Source: Nanopusillaceae archaeon
GTDB taxonomy: Archaea > Nanobdellota > Nanobdellia > Nanobdellales > Nanobdellaceae
Direction: 5' to 3'
DNA: 32,000 nt
NCBI GenBank assembly: GCA_049974095.1
Contig: JBMFJD010000006.1
Location: 1-32,000 of the forward strand
Of the stretch, positions 23,370 through 32,000 are shown in pieces; the first letter of the stretch is position 1; each line of letters opens with the position of its first letter. The notes under the pieces were generated by a model, which was not told the origin of the DNA, did no database searches, and worked only from the letters and a program-made list of their open reading frames with translations. The translations under genes were made by a program, and so were the position numbers.

Positions 23370-25199
23370 ATGAAATATGAAACATGTTGCATGAAAAATT
23401 TTGTTAGGAGATGGGGTATAAAATTATTTGCTATATTATTTATAGTGTTTATTTCAAATTATATCAATTCCCAGCCAGCAATAGTATTTAAAGATTGTAT
23501 CCAACAATCTCAACAATCATATGTATGTAACATAGATCCTAATAAACCTTTTGTATATTTTAATGTGTATAATACTATTACACCACTGGAGTTAACAATA
23601 ACATATAATGGTGTACCAGTTGCTTTATATGAATCTGGTATTTACATAGGTAGTGGTACAGCATTCATGTCTACTGTAAAAATACCAGTTGATACAGTTC
23701 CTTTTCAAATGTCTGTATCAATGCCTGGTACATCAACAATTTCGTTCTCATTTAAGGGACAATACAATAATGAAACATTAAGATATGATTATACATATAC
23801 ATTGATAATAAATATGCAACAGACACAAAATATAACCCAAAATGTTACTACTAACAATAATGTAACAACAAATAATACACAACAATATTATCAGGAAAAT
23901 GTAACTGCAACACCAGTTACTCCAATATATTCTACAATATACCTAACATTATATCCAAATAAAACTTATCAGTATCCAATAGGTCTGGTAGCTACATCTA
24001 ATCGTAATGTTACCGTATTATCTGTAATAATACAAGGTATGCCTCCTCAAAATGCTAACATAGAAGGATCTTTTGGTACTATGCAACCTGGTGATGTTGC
24101 ATATGGTGTGTTAAATATAAATACAGCAGGGATGCAACCTGGTCAGTACACATTTAACATATTGTATTCTGTAAAGGTAGATAATCAGGTATATCATACA
24201 CAAACTACTGTTACACTAACAATTGTATCTGGATTGTATCAACAGATGGATCAAGATAAACAAAAGCAAACCACACCACCTTTTTTAGAAAATAAAACAT
24301 ATCCTCTATATGTTGATTATAATATAAATGGTAATTATCTGTTCATAGGTGGAGCATATACTATTTATGAAGGTCAAAAAATATACCTATCCGGAGTTAA
24401 TATATTAGTCATAGGACCTGGTGGACAAGCGCTAACATACTTATATCCTATACAGGTATATCCTGGACAGACATATTGTATATATGCATATGCTCCTGGA
24501 TTCATACCATATTTTGAGTGTCGACAAATACCACCAAGACCATTATGTTACATATTGCATCCAAAAGGTCAGCAATATGATAATAAAATATATTATCTTG
24601 TAGGGGAAGAAGTTACAATAAAATCTGTATATGATTGTCAGACTCTTCAACCAGTCTATGGTGTTGTGATATATTATAACAATCAACCAGTAAATCAACA
24701 AACATTTAAGGTTGAGGATGGTGTAAACAATATAGCCATATCAGCTCCAGGATATACATTAACAAACATAACATTATATGGATATACTACTGTACAAGTA
24801 GATACCATTCCCACTACACCTGGTGAATATAATATAACATTAACAGGTACCTTTAAAGACAGAGCTAGATTAGAATTATATACTTATATTAATGGAACAA
24901 AAACAACACTAGCAACGGGTACTGGATATTTGTATTATAACTTTACTAATGGTACATATTATTTGGTGTTGGAAGCTCCACTACAAAATGAAACCACATA
25001 TACAATAATAATCACTCCACCAATAACTACAATAGAAACGAAATCATTTGATTTATTACAATTTTTTATCAACAATATATGGTATATAATAATAGGATTC
25101 TTAATATTTACATTGATATCTGTTATACTGTACAAAAAGAGCCAAAAAGATGTATCGGAATTAGCAAAGCAAATTGTTGAAGAATCTAAAAAACTATGA
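23370..25199 (+). CDS. large surface glycoprotein candidate (609 aa): signal peptide, N/T/Q linker, C-terminal TM anchor
   Basis: Signal-like IKLFAILFIVFISNYINSQP. Low-complexity QNITQNVTTNNNVTTNNTQQ. More than 10 N-x-S/T sequons. C-terminal TM WYIIIGFLIFTLISVILY followed by a charged tail. Confidence 0.75.
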   Translation: MKYETCCMKNFVRRWGIKLFAILFIVFISNYINSQPAIVFKDCIQQSQQSYVCNIDPNKPFVYFNVYNTITPLELTITYNGVPVALYESGIYIGSGTAFMSTVKIPVDTVPFQMSVSMPGTSTISFSFKGQYNNETLRYDYTYTLIINMQQTQNITQNVTTNNNVTTNNTQQYYQENVTATPVTPIYSTIYLTLYPNKTYQYPIGLVATSNRNVTVLSVIIQGMPPQNANIEGSFGTMQPGDVAYGVLNINTAGMQPGQYTFNILYSVKVDNQVYHTQTTVTLTIVSGLYQQMDQDKQKQTTPPFLENKTYPLYVDYNINGNYLFIGGAYTIYEGQKIYLSGVNILVIGPGGQALTYLYPIQVYPGQTYCIYAYAPGFIPYFECRQIPPRPLCYILHPKGQQYDNKIYYLVGEEVTIKSVYDCQTLQPVYGVVIYYNNQPVNQQTFKVEDGVNNIAISAPGYTLTNITLYGYTTVQVDTIPTTPGEYNITLTGTFKDRARLELYTYINGTKTTLATGTGYLYYNFTNGTYYLVLEAPLQNETTYTIIITPPITTIETKSFDLLQFFINNIWYIIIGFLIFTLISVILYKKSQKDVSELAKQIVEESKKL

Positions 25200-26353
25200 A
25201 AAAAATTGGTAATCCATTTAAGACAATAGTAGATGCATATAAGTACACAATATCTTATTTTTATAATTATTTAAAATATAAATTAAGTAGAAAGGTATCT
25301 GGTCAAAGAGAAATTAAAATAGATATATCGCAATTACCTAAAGATGATCAGGTAAGAATACTAACGGAACAGCTATTAAAAGAAAGGCAAGAAAAAATAA
25401 TATACGAACAGAAGGTAAAAGAGTTAGAGTCACATCTAACAGATATCCAAACAAAACAATTTGCTAAAATATTAGAAGAACTATATAAAGAAGAAAAAGA
25501 AACTGGTAAGCTACCAATATCATTATATGATCTATTAAGAAAAGCCAGATCAGCAGGTGTACTTCCATTTAGAAAACCACCTGTAGTATATGATATAACT
25601 ATGCAGAGATTAGGCAGATTATATGATATTATTATACATCCTGATGGTGGAATTGCATTTGTTATAAAGGTTGGTAAACAATATATTATGACTCCACCTT
25701 TTGGATCACTATGGGATGCAATATTTCATCCAGAAAATTTGGCATCACAATTACCAGATTCTATAACATTACTAGTATATAAAGATCCAAATGGTAATAT
25801 TCTAAAGGTACCTTCAGCATATCTAAATAGATTATATGGTGGTGAACCTGTAGAGAAAATAATTTCTGAGTTACAGTCACAGATAAATAGACTATTAAAC
25901 GATTTAGAATCTACTAAAGTAAATGCTGAAATGATATCATTGCAAAATAAGATAGAGAAAATATACAGATCTGTATCTGACTCTGTAAGTACAACAGCGC
26001 TAAATCTATTCGAGAAGAATATGAAAGATCTAAAGAATATATTAATACCTACTACATTAGCAGCAGTAGAAGCATCAACTACAATGCAATTAGATGTAGC
26101 TCAAGAAAGATCAAAATCAGAACATATGCAAGATATCTTACTACAGTATTCTGACAGACTAAAGACACTTGAATCTTCGCTTGCACCAGAGAGAATAATA
26201 TCTATACAAAACGAAATTATAGATAGGTTGAGGCAATTATCTGCAGATCTCGCGCAAATAAGGGCTGCCTTACAAGTACCACCATCAATACAACAAGGAG
26301 AAACGGGAGAGGCTAGGCAGCAAGGTCCAAAACAAGAAGGATCTGAACAATGA
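25196..26353 (+). CDS. hypothetical coiled-coil protein with Q/E-rich tail (385 aa)
   Basis: ATGA overlap with the upstream gene. Coiled-coil-like segments flank a globular middle. The tail reads QQGETGEARQQGPKQEGSEQ. Confidence 0.7.
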   Translation: MKKIGNPFKTIVDAYKYTISYFYNYLKYKLSRKVSGQREIKIDISQLPKDDQVRILTEQLLKERQEKIIYEQKVKELESHLTDIQTKQFAKILEELYKEEKETGKLPISLYDLLRKARSAGVLPFRKPPVVYDITMQRLGRLYDIIIHPDGGIAFVIKVGKQYIMTPPFGSLWDAIFHPENLASQLPDSITLLVYKDPNGNILKVPSAYLNRLYGGEPVEKIISELQSQINRLLNDLESTKVNAEMISLQNKIEKIYRSVSDSVSTTALNLFEKNMKDLKNILIPTTLAAVEASTTMQLDVAQERSKSEHMQDILLQYSDRLKTLESSLAPERIISIQNEIIDRLRQLSADLAQIRAALQVPPSIQQGETGEARQQGPKQEGSEQ

Positions 26354-27348
26354 CACTCTATACTAAAGCAATAAGAAACTTAATATATGAAGATCATGAT
26401 AAATATAGGTTTCTTATATCTACTGGTTTGTACCATAGGTACCTAGATTCAATAGTATTATTGGAGAAAATGAAACATTTGTATGAGCATGAAGAACTAG
26501 AAGAACTAATAAAGAGGGGTAATTGGATAGATATAATAAGAGCTACTGCTATAGATTATGTTGTATCATATATATTATTTAGAGATCCAAATAAAAAAGA
26601 GATAGCTGAAAAGATTGCAGAAATTATTAATTTGCAAGTTACCGTTATACAAAATCATATACAGGCAATACTAGAGACTCTATTAGTTAGATCTAGGGGT
26701 GAATCTCCAAGAATTTTAGCAATATCACAAGCATTATCTTATTTTGGAGACCTTATATCATTCTTTGAAGAAATATTTTTGAGACCAATTGATGATGTTT
26801 TGTCATATGTATTATATAAGAGAAATTATATTAAAACTCTAATAGAACAAAAGGCAACTGTTGCTAGAAAACTAAAAGAGGTTACAAAATCTATGGAGGA
26901 ATTAGCTGCTGAGCAGGAGCAATCTCAAGTACCTTCTGAAGAATTATCTAAGGCAGCTACTGATCTAAAGTTAGAATATATATCATCATTATATGAAAGA
27001 CCATTAATTAAACCAACACCGATATTTACAGATAAAGAAGTAGAGTTAATAACAACATTAATACAGAGGGGGGCGTTTTATCCAAAGTTATCAGTATCTG
27101 ATGATGATTTATCATCCACATTATCAGTAGGCAAAAAAGAGTTATTTTCAATAATAAACTCTATATGGGGAAAATGTAAAGAATATAATATGGATCTATT
27201 TATTGTTGTAACTACCGAGAAGGACCCAACAGGCAATGAAATAAATTATATAAGTATAGATCCAAATTTATTCAGAAAATCAACAAATAGATTAATAAAG
27301 GCTCATCCAGATCTGGTAGAATTATTCTTACAGTTTTATGGTACTTAG
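26350..27348 (+). CDS. hypothetical protein (332 aa)
   Basis: ATGA overlap with the upstream gene. No motif recognised. Confidence 0.7.
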   Translation: MTLYTKAIRNLIYEDHDKYRFLISTGLYHRYLDSIVLLEKMKHLYEHEELEELIKRGNWIDIIRATAIDYVVSYILFRDPNKKEIAEKIAEIINLQVTVIQNHIQAILETLLVRSRGESPRILAISQALSYFGDLISFFEEIFLRPIDDVLSYVLYKRNYIKTLIEQKATVARKLKEVTKSMEELAAEQEQSQVPSEELSKAATDLKLEYISSLYERPLIKPTPIFTDKEVELITTLIQRGAFYPKLSVSDDDLSSTLSVGKKELFSIINSIWGKCKEYNMDLFIVVTTEKDPTGNEINYISIDPNLFRKSTNRLIKAHPDLVELFLQFYGT

Positions 27349-27664
27349 ATTCTTCATTTCAGTAAAGGATCCTTTTGTAGAATCTTGGTTAGGAATTTAT
27401 GGTAATACCGAGTTTAATAGACTATTATATTTATATGAGTTAGATCCAATTACGAATAGGATAGAGTTTTTAGGTGTGGATAAGGATACACCATTAAATA
27501 GAAGGAAATATATGAGTTATGGATTTAGAGATCTATCAGAAAAGTTAAACAAAATATTAGAAATAAAACCAACAGAAATAGATCTATTTACATTTAATAT
27601 AACGGAGCTAATATATAGAAATCCAGAACTGGCCAAAAAAATATCCAAGTTTATTAGAAAATAA
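27338..27664 (+). CDS. hypothetical protein (108 aa)
   Basis: ATG overlaps the upstream gene by 11 nt. Confidence 0.6.
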   Translation: MVLRFFISVKDPFVESWLGIYGNTEFNRLLYLYELDPITNRIEFLGVDKDTPLNRRKYMSYGFRDLSEKLNKILEIKPTEIDLFTFNITELIYRNPELAKKISKFIRK

Positions 27665-27665
27665 T

Positions 27666-28115
27666 ATGTGGATAACTAAATTTGCAAAGTGGTGTCCTTT
27701 CTGTATGTATGCCTTAAAAAGATTAGTACAATTTCCAGGATATCAATATCAATTTAGAATAAAGTTAGATTTTTCATATGAACACTATTCCTTGACAGAT
27801 ATAAGCACAAAAGAACCATTATTTTATAATCCAACAATCAAAGCATACGTAGTTGGTATAAAAAACGATCCAATATTAGCGGATATGCAAATATCATTTT
27901 TAATGAGACTAGATAGAGAGATGACATTACTCAAGACAAATAGATTACCAATGCCAGAATTAACATTACTATATGATAGGATAATATCTTCTAATTTGAG
28001 CACTATATATAGACTTGTATATTCTAAAGCATATGAGGTACAATATAAAAGCCCAGTTGCTAATGAGTCAACTATAAAGGTCTTAGAAAGGATTGGTGCC
28101 TTATTAGAAAAATGA
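27666..28115 (+). CDS. hypothetical protein with N-terminal glutaredoxin/thioredoxin-like CPFC motif (149 aa)
   Basis: ITKFAKWCPFCMYALKRL matches the strand-CPxC-helix layout of Grx/NrdH-type proteins. A later NPTIKAYVVG could be the cis-Pro strand. Confidence 0.6.
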   Translation: MWITKFAKWCPFCMYALKRLVQFPGYQYQFRIKLDFSYEHYSLTDISTKEPLFYNPTIKAYVVGIKNDPILADMQISFLMRLDREMTLLKTNRLPMPELTLLYDRIISSNLSTIYRLVYSKAYEVQYKSPVANESTIKVLERIGALLEK

Positions 28116-28735
28116 GTCCAATACCAATATCATTTAATGTAACAGATATACAAAATATAACATCATCAGTAGCTCATATTACAAGTAATATTAGTTTAGG
28201 CTTTATTGTAGCAATCATGTTAATATTTACTGCCATTATATTACTTACTTTGGTTATCAAAAATATATTATCAAGTATAATACCAAAATTATCACTTTTA
28301 GTATTTATTTTAGCGTCATCATATTTGCTTGCTTTTGCATATTATGTTCCAAAATATATACCTAATACATTTACTGTTGTATCAAATAATACAGTAATAG
28401 TTAATACTAATGTAACATCAGATTTGCTGTCACCATATAATTTTATACTAATAACAAAATTCTATGACAATTTATTATACTATATGGCACAGTATAATGT
28501 ATCTATATCTGATTTGTTAGTACCTTATGTAATATTAATCCTATTTTATATATATTTTGCATATTCATTGTACGATAAGACAAAAAAATGGGCAATACTG
28601 ATAGCAGCACTATTGTTGTTTGTAACTACTGTTGGGCTTAAAGGTTTAATATACGCTAGTATGACATATACTACTTTACTATTTCTAGATATAATTGTGG
28701 CCTTATTATCTATGATTATACTAGTACTAATATGA
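28112..28735 (+). CDS. polytopic membrane protein (207 aa)
   Basis: ATGA overlap with the upstream gene. About 5 hydrophobic segments, plus a sequon-rich loop (NNT, NVT, NVS). Confidence 0.7.
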   Translation: MSPIPISFNVTDIQNITSSVAHITSNISLGFIVAIMLIFTAIILLTLVIKNILSSIIPKLSLLVFILASSYLLAFAYYVPKYIPNTFTVVSNNTVIVNTNVTSDLLSPYNFILITKFYDNLLYYMAQYNVSISDLLVPYVILILFYIYFAYSLYDKTKKWAILIAALLLFVTTVGLKGLIYASMTYTTLLFLDIIVALLSMIILVLI

Positions 28736-29823
28736 GTGCTATAAATTTTATAGAGGATTACAAAAAAAGAGATGGACTACTAGGATTATTAAAATCTTTT
28801 AGAGATAAGTTGGTTAATGATTTTCAGAATGAATTTACCAGGATATGGAAGTTGGCATTTCCGAATACAAGGGTAGAGGTAATACCACTAGAAGCAATAG
28901 GTAGATTTTATGGCATATTTATATCAGCATATCAAAGAGCTAGAGCAGATAGGAAAGCATTATTAGAGCAATATTTTAATGAATTTACAAATTTATATAA
29001 TAGATATAGAAGTATAATGCAAAATATTACATTTGGTCAATTATTGAGACTAATCGATACTGGAGAAAGATTAAGAGAAACAGTAAATGGTACTACTTAT
29101 ATGGATTTTTTAATAAAACTACATGATTGGATTGATGAAATAGTCTATATATTTAAAACAAATGAGCAAAATATTAGGCCATATTATCAAGATATATATA
29201 ATTATTATGATAAAATGGTTAAGGTACTTGTGGATATATCAACAGACTATGTTGGAGGAGTATTTGAAGGAGCGTTCGAGTTTATATTTGGTGGATTTAT
29301 ACATGTAGAGAATTTCATGTATACTGTTACAAATGATCTTCAAATTGGTACATGGGAACCTTTCGTATACTATATTGTAAAGCTAATAAAGACTTTATCT
29401 ATACTTGGTGGATATGATGTAGTATTCCCAACAGACTTCTTTAGTCCAGAGGAATCTATAATGGGATATGGTGCAGTTGGAGATTGGGAATATGTTTTAA
29501 CAGTATACCCAAAAGAGAGTATTGGTACAGAAGCATCCAAGATTACAGAGAATACATTATTATCTATGGCTGCACAGATAGGTATTGATGTAAAAGATGA
29601 TATAGCAGAATTGAGGAAAATAGATAAAGATCTTAGAAGGATGGTAGATGAATTTCCAGCATATTTCTATATAGTTGCATTAACTGGAGGAATGTATAGA
29701 GAAAGAGTAGTATTTAGAGGATATATTCCATGGGACTTTTTGGCATATCCAATACATGAAATAGCCAATAAATTAGAAAAATATAGGTATGCGCTAAAAC
29801 CAAGAAGAAGAAAAAGACGCTAA
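28732..29823 (+). CDS. hypothetical protein (363 aa) with basic C-terminal tail KPRRRKRR
   Basis: ATGA overlap with the upstream gene. Last gene of the overlapping operon. Confidence 0.7.
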   Translation: MSAINFIEDYKKRDGLLGLLKSFRDKLVNDFQNEFTRIWKLAFPNTRVEVIPLEAIGRFYGIFISAYQRARADRKALLEQYFNEFTNLYNRYRSIMQNITFGQLLRLIDTGERLRETVNGTTYMDFLIKLHDWIDEIVYIFKTNEQNIRPYYQDIYNYYDKMVKVLVDISTDYVGGVFEGAFEFIFGGFIHVENFMYTVTNDLQIGTWEPFVYYIVKLIKTLSILGGYDVVFPTDFFSPEESIMGYGAVGDWEYVLTVYPKESIGTEASKITENTLLSMAAQIGIDVKDDIAELRKIDKDLRRMVDEFPAYFYIVALTGGMYRERVVFRGYIPWDFLAYPIHEIANKLEKYRYALKPRRRKRR

Positions 29824-30476
29824 CGTTTATTTAATAGATATATTGACGCTACTGCAGATAATACTCCAATTATAGCTGTTATAATAAATACTGGCACATA
29901 AATTGTTGGACCTGCAGTTATTGTGAATGGGTATAGAAATGCGGTAGTTGATAGATGACCGGTTACAAATCCTGCAGCTATTCCAAAACCTGACAATATA
30001 GCTATTGTAACAGCTTTTTCTGATGTTATTTTACCAACTGATGCATTGATGATTGCATAAAATACTAATGCTAATGATGCTCCTATTATTATGAATCCTA
30101 ACCATGCACCAAGTGTTTCTATAAATGTACCATATTGAAAAGTTAATAATTTTATTATTTGATATATTGCTGCAGTTGGACCTTTTGCTCCCAATACTTC
30201 TAATGTTGTACCAGTGACCGCTTTCTTTGCTAATGAATAACCAAGAGCTCCAATTAATGGGAAAAATAATAATATAGGATTGAACGGTTCTTTTTTAGAT
30301 ATAAACATAGCTACTTCATAGATTAAAAATATTGATAGACCAAAACCTAGTGCAAAAGCTATAAAACCGATATATAATGAAAGAGTAGGATATGTTAAAA
30401 TACTGTTATAACCTATATATAATAATATAAGGCTTATTATTAATAACGTTAAATATATCTTATCAATTTTGTCCAT
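29820..30476 (-). CDS. polytopic membrane protein (218 aa, G/A/I-rich TM segments)
   Basis: ATG ORF. Its 3' end overlaps the convergent gene by 4 nt. About 6 hydrophobic segments. Confidence 0.7.
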   Translation of the reverse strand: MDKIDKIYLTLLIISLILLYIGYNSILTYPTLSLYIGFIAFALGFGLSIFLIYEVAMFISKKEPFNPILLFFPLIGALGYSLAKKAVTGTTLEVLGAKGPTAAIYQIIKLLTFQYGTFIETLGAWLGFIIIGASLALVFYAIINASVGKITSEKAVTIAILSGFGIAAGFVTGHLSTTAFLYPFTITAGPTIYVPVFIITAIIGVLSAVASIYLLNKR

Positions 30477-30508
30477 TATTTATAATTGTTTTTGTATATT
30501 TAAAATAT

Positions 30509-31105
30509 ATGGATAACAAATATTTATATGGGTTGTATCTCCACTATAGGGCATTATTTAATACATATAGTGATATGTATACGGCGTATTTGTATATTGA
30601 TGTAGATGGAGATACAATTAGATCTATATCAATGTTGATACCAGGTGATGAAATAAAGCAGGAGAATGACATAGTATATACAGAAACAATACTAAAAGAG
30701 GTAATATTTTATGGTGATGAGAAAGCACTGATTGATAGAATGAATAAATATTTATATAATAAATTGGTTGGAAAAATTGTTACATATGGTTTCAATAATT
30801 ATATAACACTAGTTAATAAATCTATAACATATGGATCTAGGATGTTATATAGATTCATTACTATACCAATTATCTTTGATTTATCATATCCTGTATCGTT
30901 ATATATGTACAAGAAATATAGAGAATTTAAAGTATTTACCATAGATGAAGCAATAAGTATTATATTAAATGAAAAAAATGATGAACAAGATGCTTACAAG
31001 AAAAGCATTAAATATGTTAACTACATAAAAATGATTTATGATATATTAAAAGAAGAATTTATGGATAAAAAGTTAGCCTCATTGTTTACCAATGCACGAT
31101 TGTAA
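30509..31105 (+). CDS. hypothetical protein (198 aa)
   Basis: ATG ORF diverging from 29820-30476 across a 32-nt AT-rich spacer. Confidence 0.65.
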   Translation: MDNKYLYGLYLHYRALFNTYSDMYTAYLYIDVDGDTIRSISMLIPGDEIKQENDIVYTETILKEVIFYGDEKALIDRMNKYLYNKLVGKIVTYGFNNYITLVNKSITYGSRMLYRFITIPIIFDLSYPVSLYMYKKYREFKVFTIDEAISIILNEKNDEQDAYKKSIKYVNYIKMIYDILKEEFMDKKLASLFTNARL

Positions 31106-31315
31106 AATGTTTAATATTTTATCTAATTTTTCACTTATCTCCTTTAATCTATCCTCAAGATTCAAATTATTTTGTTTATTATACATCTTTGATGCAACTT
31201 CATATCCGATCAAGATCAAGTGAGATATTTTTAAATTTTTTTTCTTAATATCATGGTATATATCATCTGGTATAGTCGTTGTGATATTTCTAAGTTTTCT
31301 TTCGCTTTTATCCAT
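31079..31315 (-). CDS. ribbon-helix-helix (CopG/Arc-like) DNA-binding protein (78 aa)
   Basis: Start moved to the ATG at 31315 (MDKSERK); the ORF-track start at 31357 lies in the promoter. RNITTTIPDDIYHDIKKKNLKISHLILIGYE fits strand-helix-helix. Confidence 0.5.
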   Translation of the reverse strand: MDKSERKLRNITTTIPDDIYHDIKKKNLKISHLILIGYEVASKMYNKQNNLNLEDRLKEISEKLDKILNILQSCIGKQ

Positions 31316-31332
31316 ATAAATATAATTAAATG

Positions 31333-31352
31333 AAACACATATAAATATTTGT
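31333..31352 (-). promoter_or_regulatory. promoter ACAAATATTTATATGTGTTT (minus-strand reading) for the RHH gene
   Basis: Its reverse complement is identical to 13455-13474. It ends 17 nt upstream of the ATG at 31315. Confidence 0.55.
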
Positions 31353-31405
31353 ATCAATAATGTTAAACTAAGAATACATAAAAATAAATATCGAAATATA
31401 TATTT

Positions 31406-31996
31406 ATGGTAAAAAAAATATTAGCAGCGCTTTTATTAATCATGGCACTATCAATACCAATATTTTCCGAATATGTAGAGGCGAAACTAGTAGGAGTATA
31501 TAGCATACAAGTAGGGTCAAATAAGTTAACAATTTCTAATGGTCATGTTGATCTACCATTTATGACAACAAATGGAACACTAGTAGTAGAAACAAAGCAT
31601 GGAAACTTTAATATGGTATTTCATGGAGAGATGACAGTAACTCAAGAGGGAACAAATATGACAGTAGTAAAGTTTGTACATGAAAATAGAGTAACATATA
31701 TCAATATAGCTGTATACGAGAATATGACAAAGATAACAGAAAAATTCTTTGAGCACTTTGTACATACATATGGAGTAAATCTAACACAAAACATTACAAT
31801 AAGACCAGTTGATAATGATACATTTGTATTAGAAGCAAAGCAAAATGCTACTGCAATGTTGTTATGGTTTATACCAATACGTGTGGTAATAGGGGAACAA
31901 ATGTATGTAAATGCAACTAATGGAAATGTAGAGAAAGTAGTATATATAAGGCCATGGTGGTGGTTCTTAGTATTTGGATATAAGACTGAACAATGA
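31406..31996 (+). CDS. secreted/anchored glycoprotein candidate (196 aa)
   Basis: Signal-like KKILAALLLIMALSIPIF. Sequons NGT, NMT, NLT, NIT, NDT and NAT. C-terminal PWWWFLVFGY hydrophobic segment. Confidence 0.7.
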   Translation: MVKKILAALLLIMALSIPIFSEYVEAKLVGVYSIQVGSNKLTISNGHVDLPFMTTNGTLVVETKHGNFNMVFHGEMTVTQEGTNMTVVKFVHENRVTYINIAVYENMTKITEKFFEHFVHTYGVNLTQNITIRPVDNDTFVLEAKQNATAMLLWFIPIRVVIGEQMYVNATNGNVEKVVYIRPWWWFLVFGYKTEQ

Positions 31997-32000
31997 AAAA

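Noticed and set aside
30509-31105. Exonuclease or primase call based on LYIDVDGDT (DxD) and GFNNYITLV
   Set aside because: No second or third catalytic motif could be found: there is no ExoII/III-like D or Y-x3-D in register, and no primase sGxGxH. A single acidic motif is insufficient, so the gene is left as hypothetical.
1417-31765. The other short antisense or overlapping ORFs in the track: 1417-1647, 5883-6065, 7947-8147, 8298-8612, 8314-8568, 8900-9145, 9401-9589, 10226-10447, 10437-10619, 11100-11291, 11143-11337, 12881-13069, 13193-13489, 18329-18538, 19917-20159, 21303-21494, 21889-22098 and 31580-31765
   Set aside because: Each is nested antisense within a longer, better-supported gene. 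All have low-complexity hydrophobic or L/S/I/F-rich translations and no upstream promoter-like element.
1-32000. Calling the window a specific known virus or plasmid family, or naming the host lineage
   Set aside because: No capsid, packaging ATPase, integrase or other hallmark gene is recognisable by eye. Thermopsin similarity and AT-richness only hint at a thermoacidophile-associated archaeon. Any name would be a guess without database searches.

Overview
AT-rich (by eye about 25-30% GC) archaeal-type sequence. It has TATA/BRE-like promoters 20-45 nt upstream of ATGs, oligo-T terminators, MCM helicases, a thermopsin-family protease and many secreted or membrane proteins rich in N-x-S/T sequons. 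I recognise no rRNA, tRNA, integrase, transposase or canonical CRISPR-cas locus. Most products match no family I know. The window looks like a virus, plasmid, integrated element or strongly accessory region rather than core chromosome.

There are three blocks.

(A) 1-7916, plus strand, rich in G-ending codons. Five promoter-bearing cassettes encode coiled-coil proteins, four of them clear ~280-aa tandem paralogs. They are followed by a translationally coupled MoxR-type AAA+ ATPase and a VWA + HExxH metallopeptidase-domain protein.

(B) 7931-13440, minus strand. It holds a compact wHTH-AAA+ ATPase (Orc1/Cdc6-RFC-like), unknown proteins, a degenerate CRISPR-repeat-like array, a membrane-anchored thermopsin-like protein and a polytopic membrane protein.

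(C) 14515-31996, mostly plus strand. It holds two paralogous small proteins, a full-length MCM, a secreted protein, an AAA+-only MCM and a full-length MCM paralog with degenerate ATPase motifs. These are followed by an orphan RAMP-like protein, surface glycoproteins and a six-gene overlapping operon of unknowns.

Blocks B and C diverge from a ~1-kb non-coding region. That region carries an ~800-bp imperfect inverted repeat around a nearly pure A/T core, which could be a replication origin or fused terminal repeats.

Best candidates for something new:
- the inverted repeat plus the three-MCM replication module
- the coiled-coil cassette array coupled to MoxR/VWA
- the orphan RAMP-like gene together with CRISPR-repeat-like two-hairpin modules

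All family calls rest on motifs read by eye and need HMM or structure searches.
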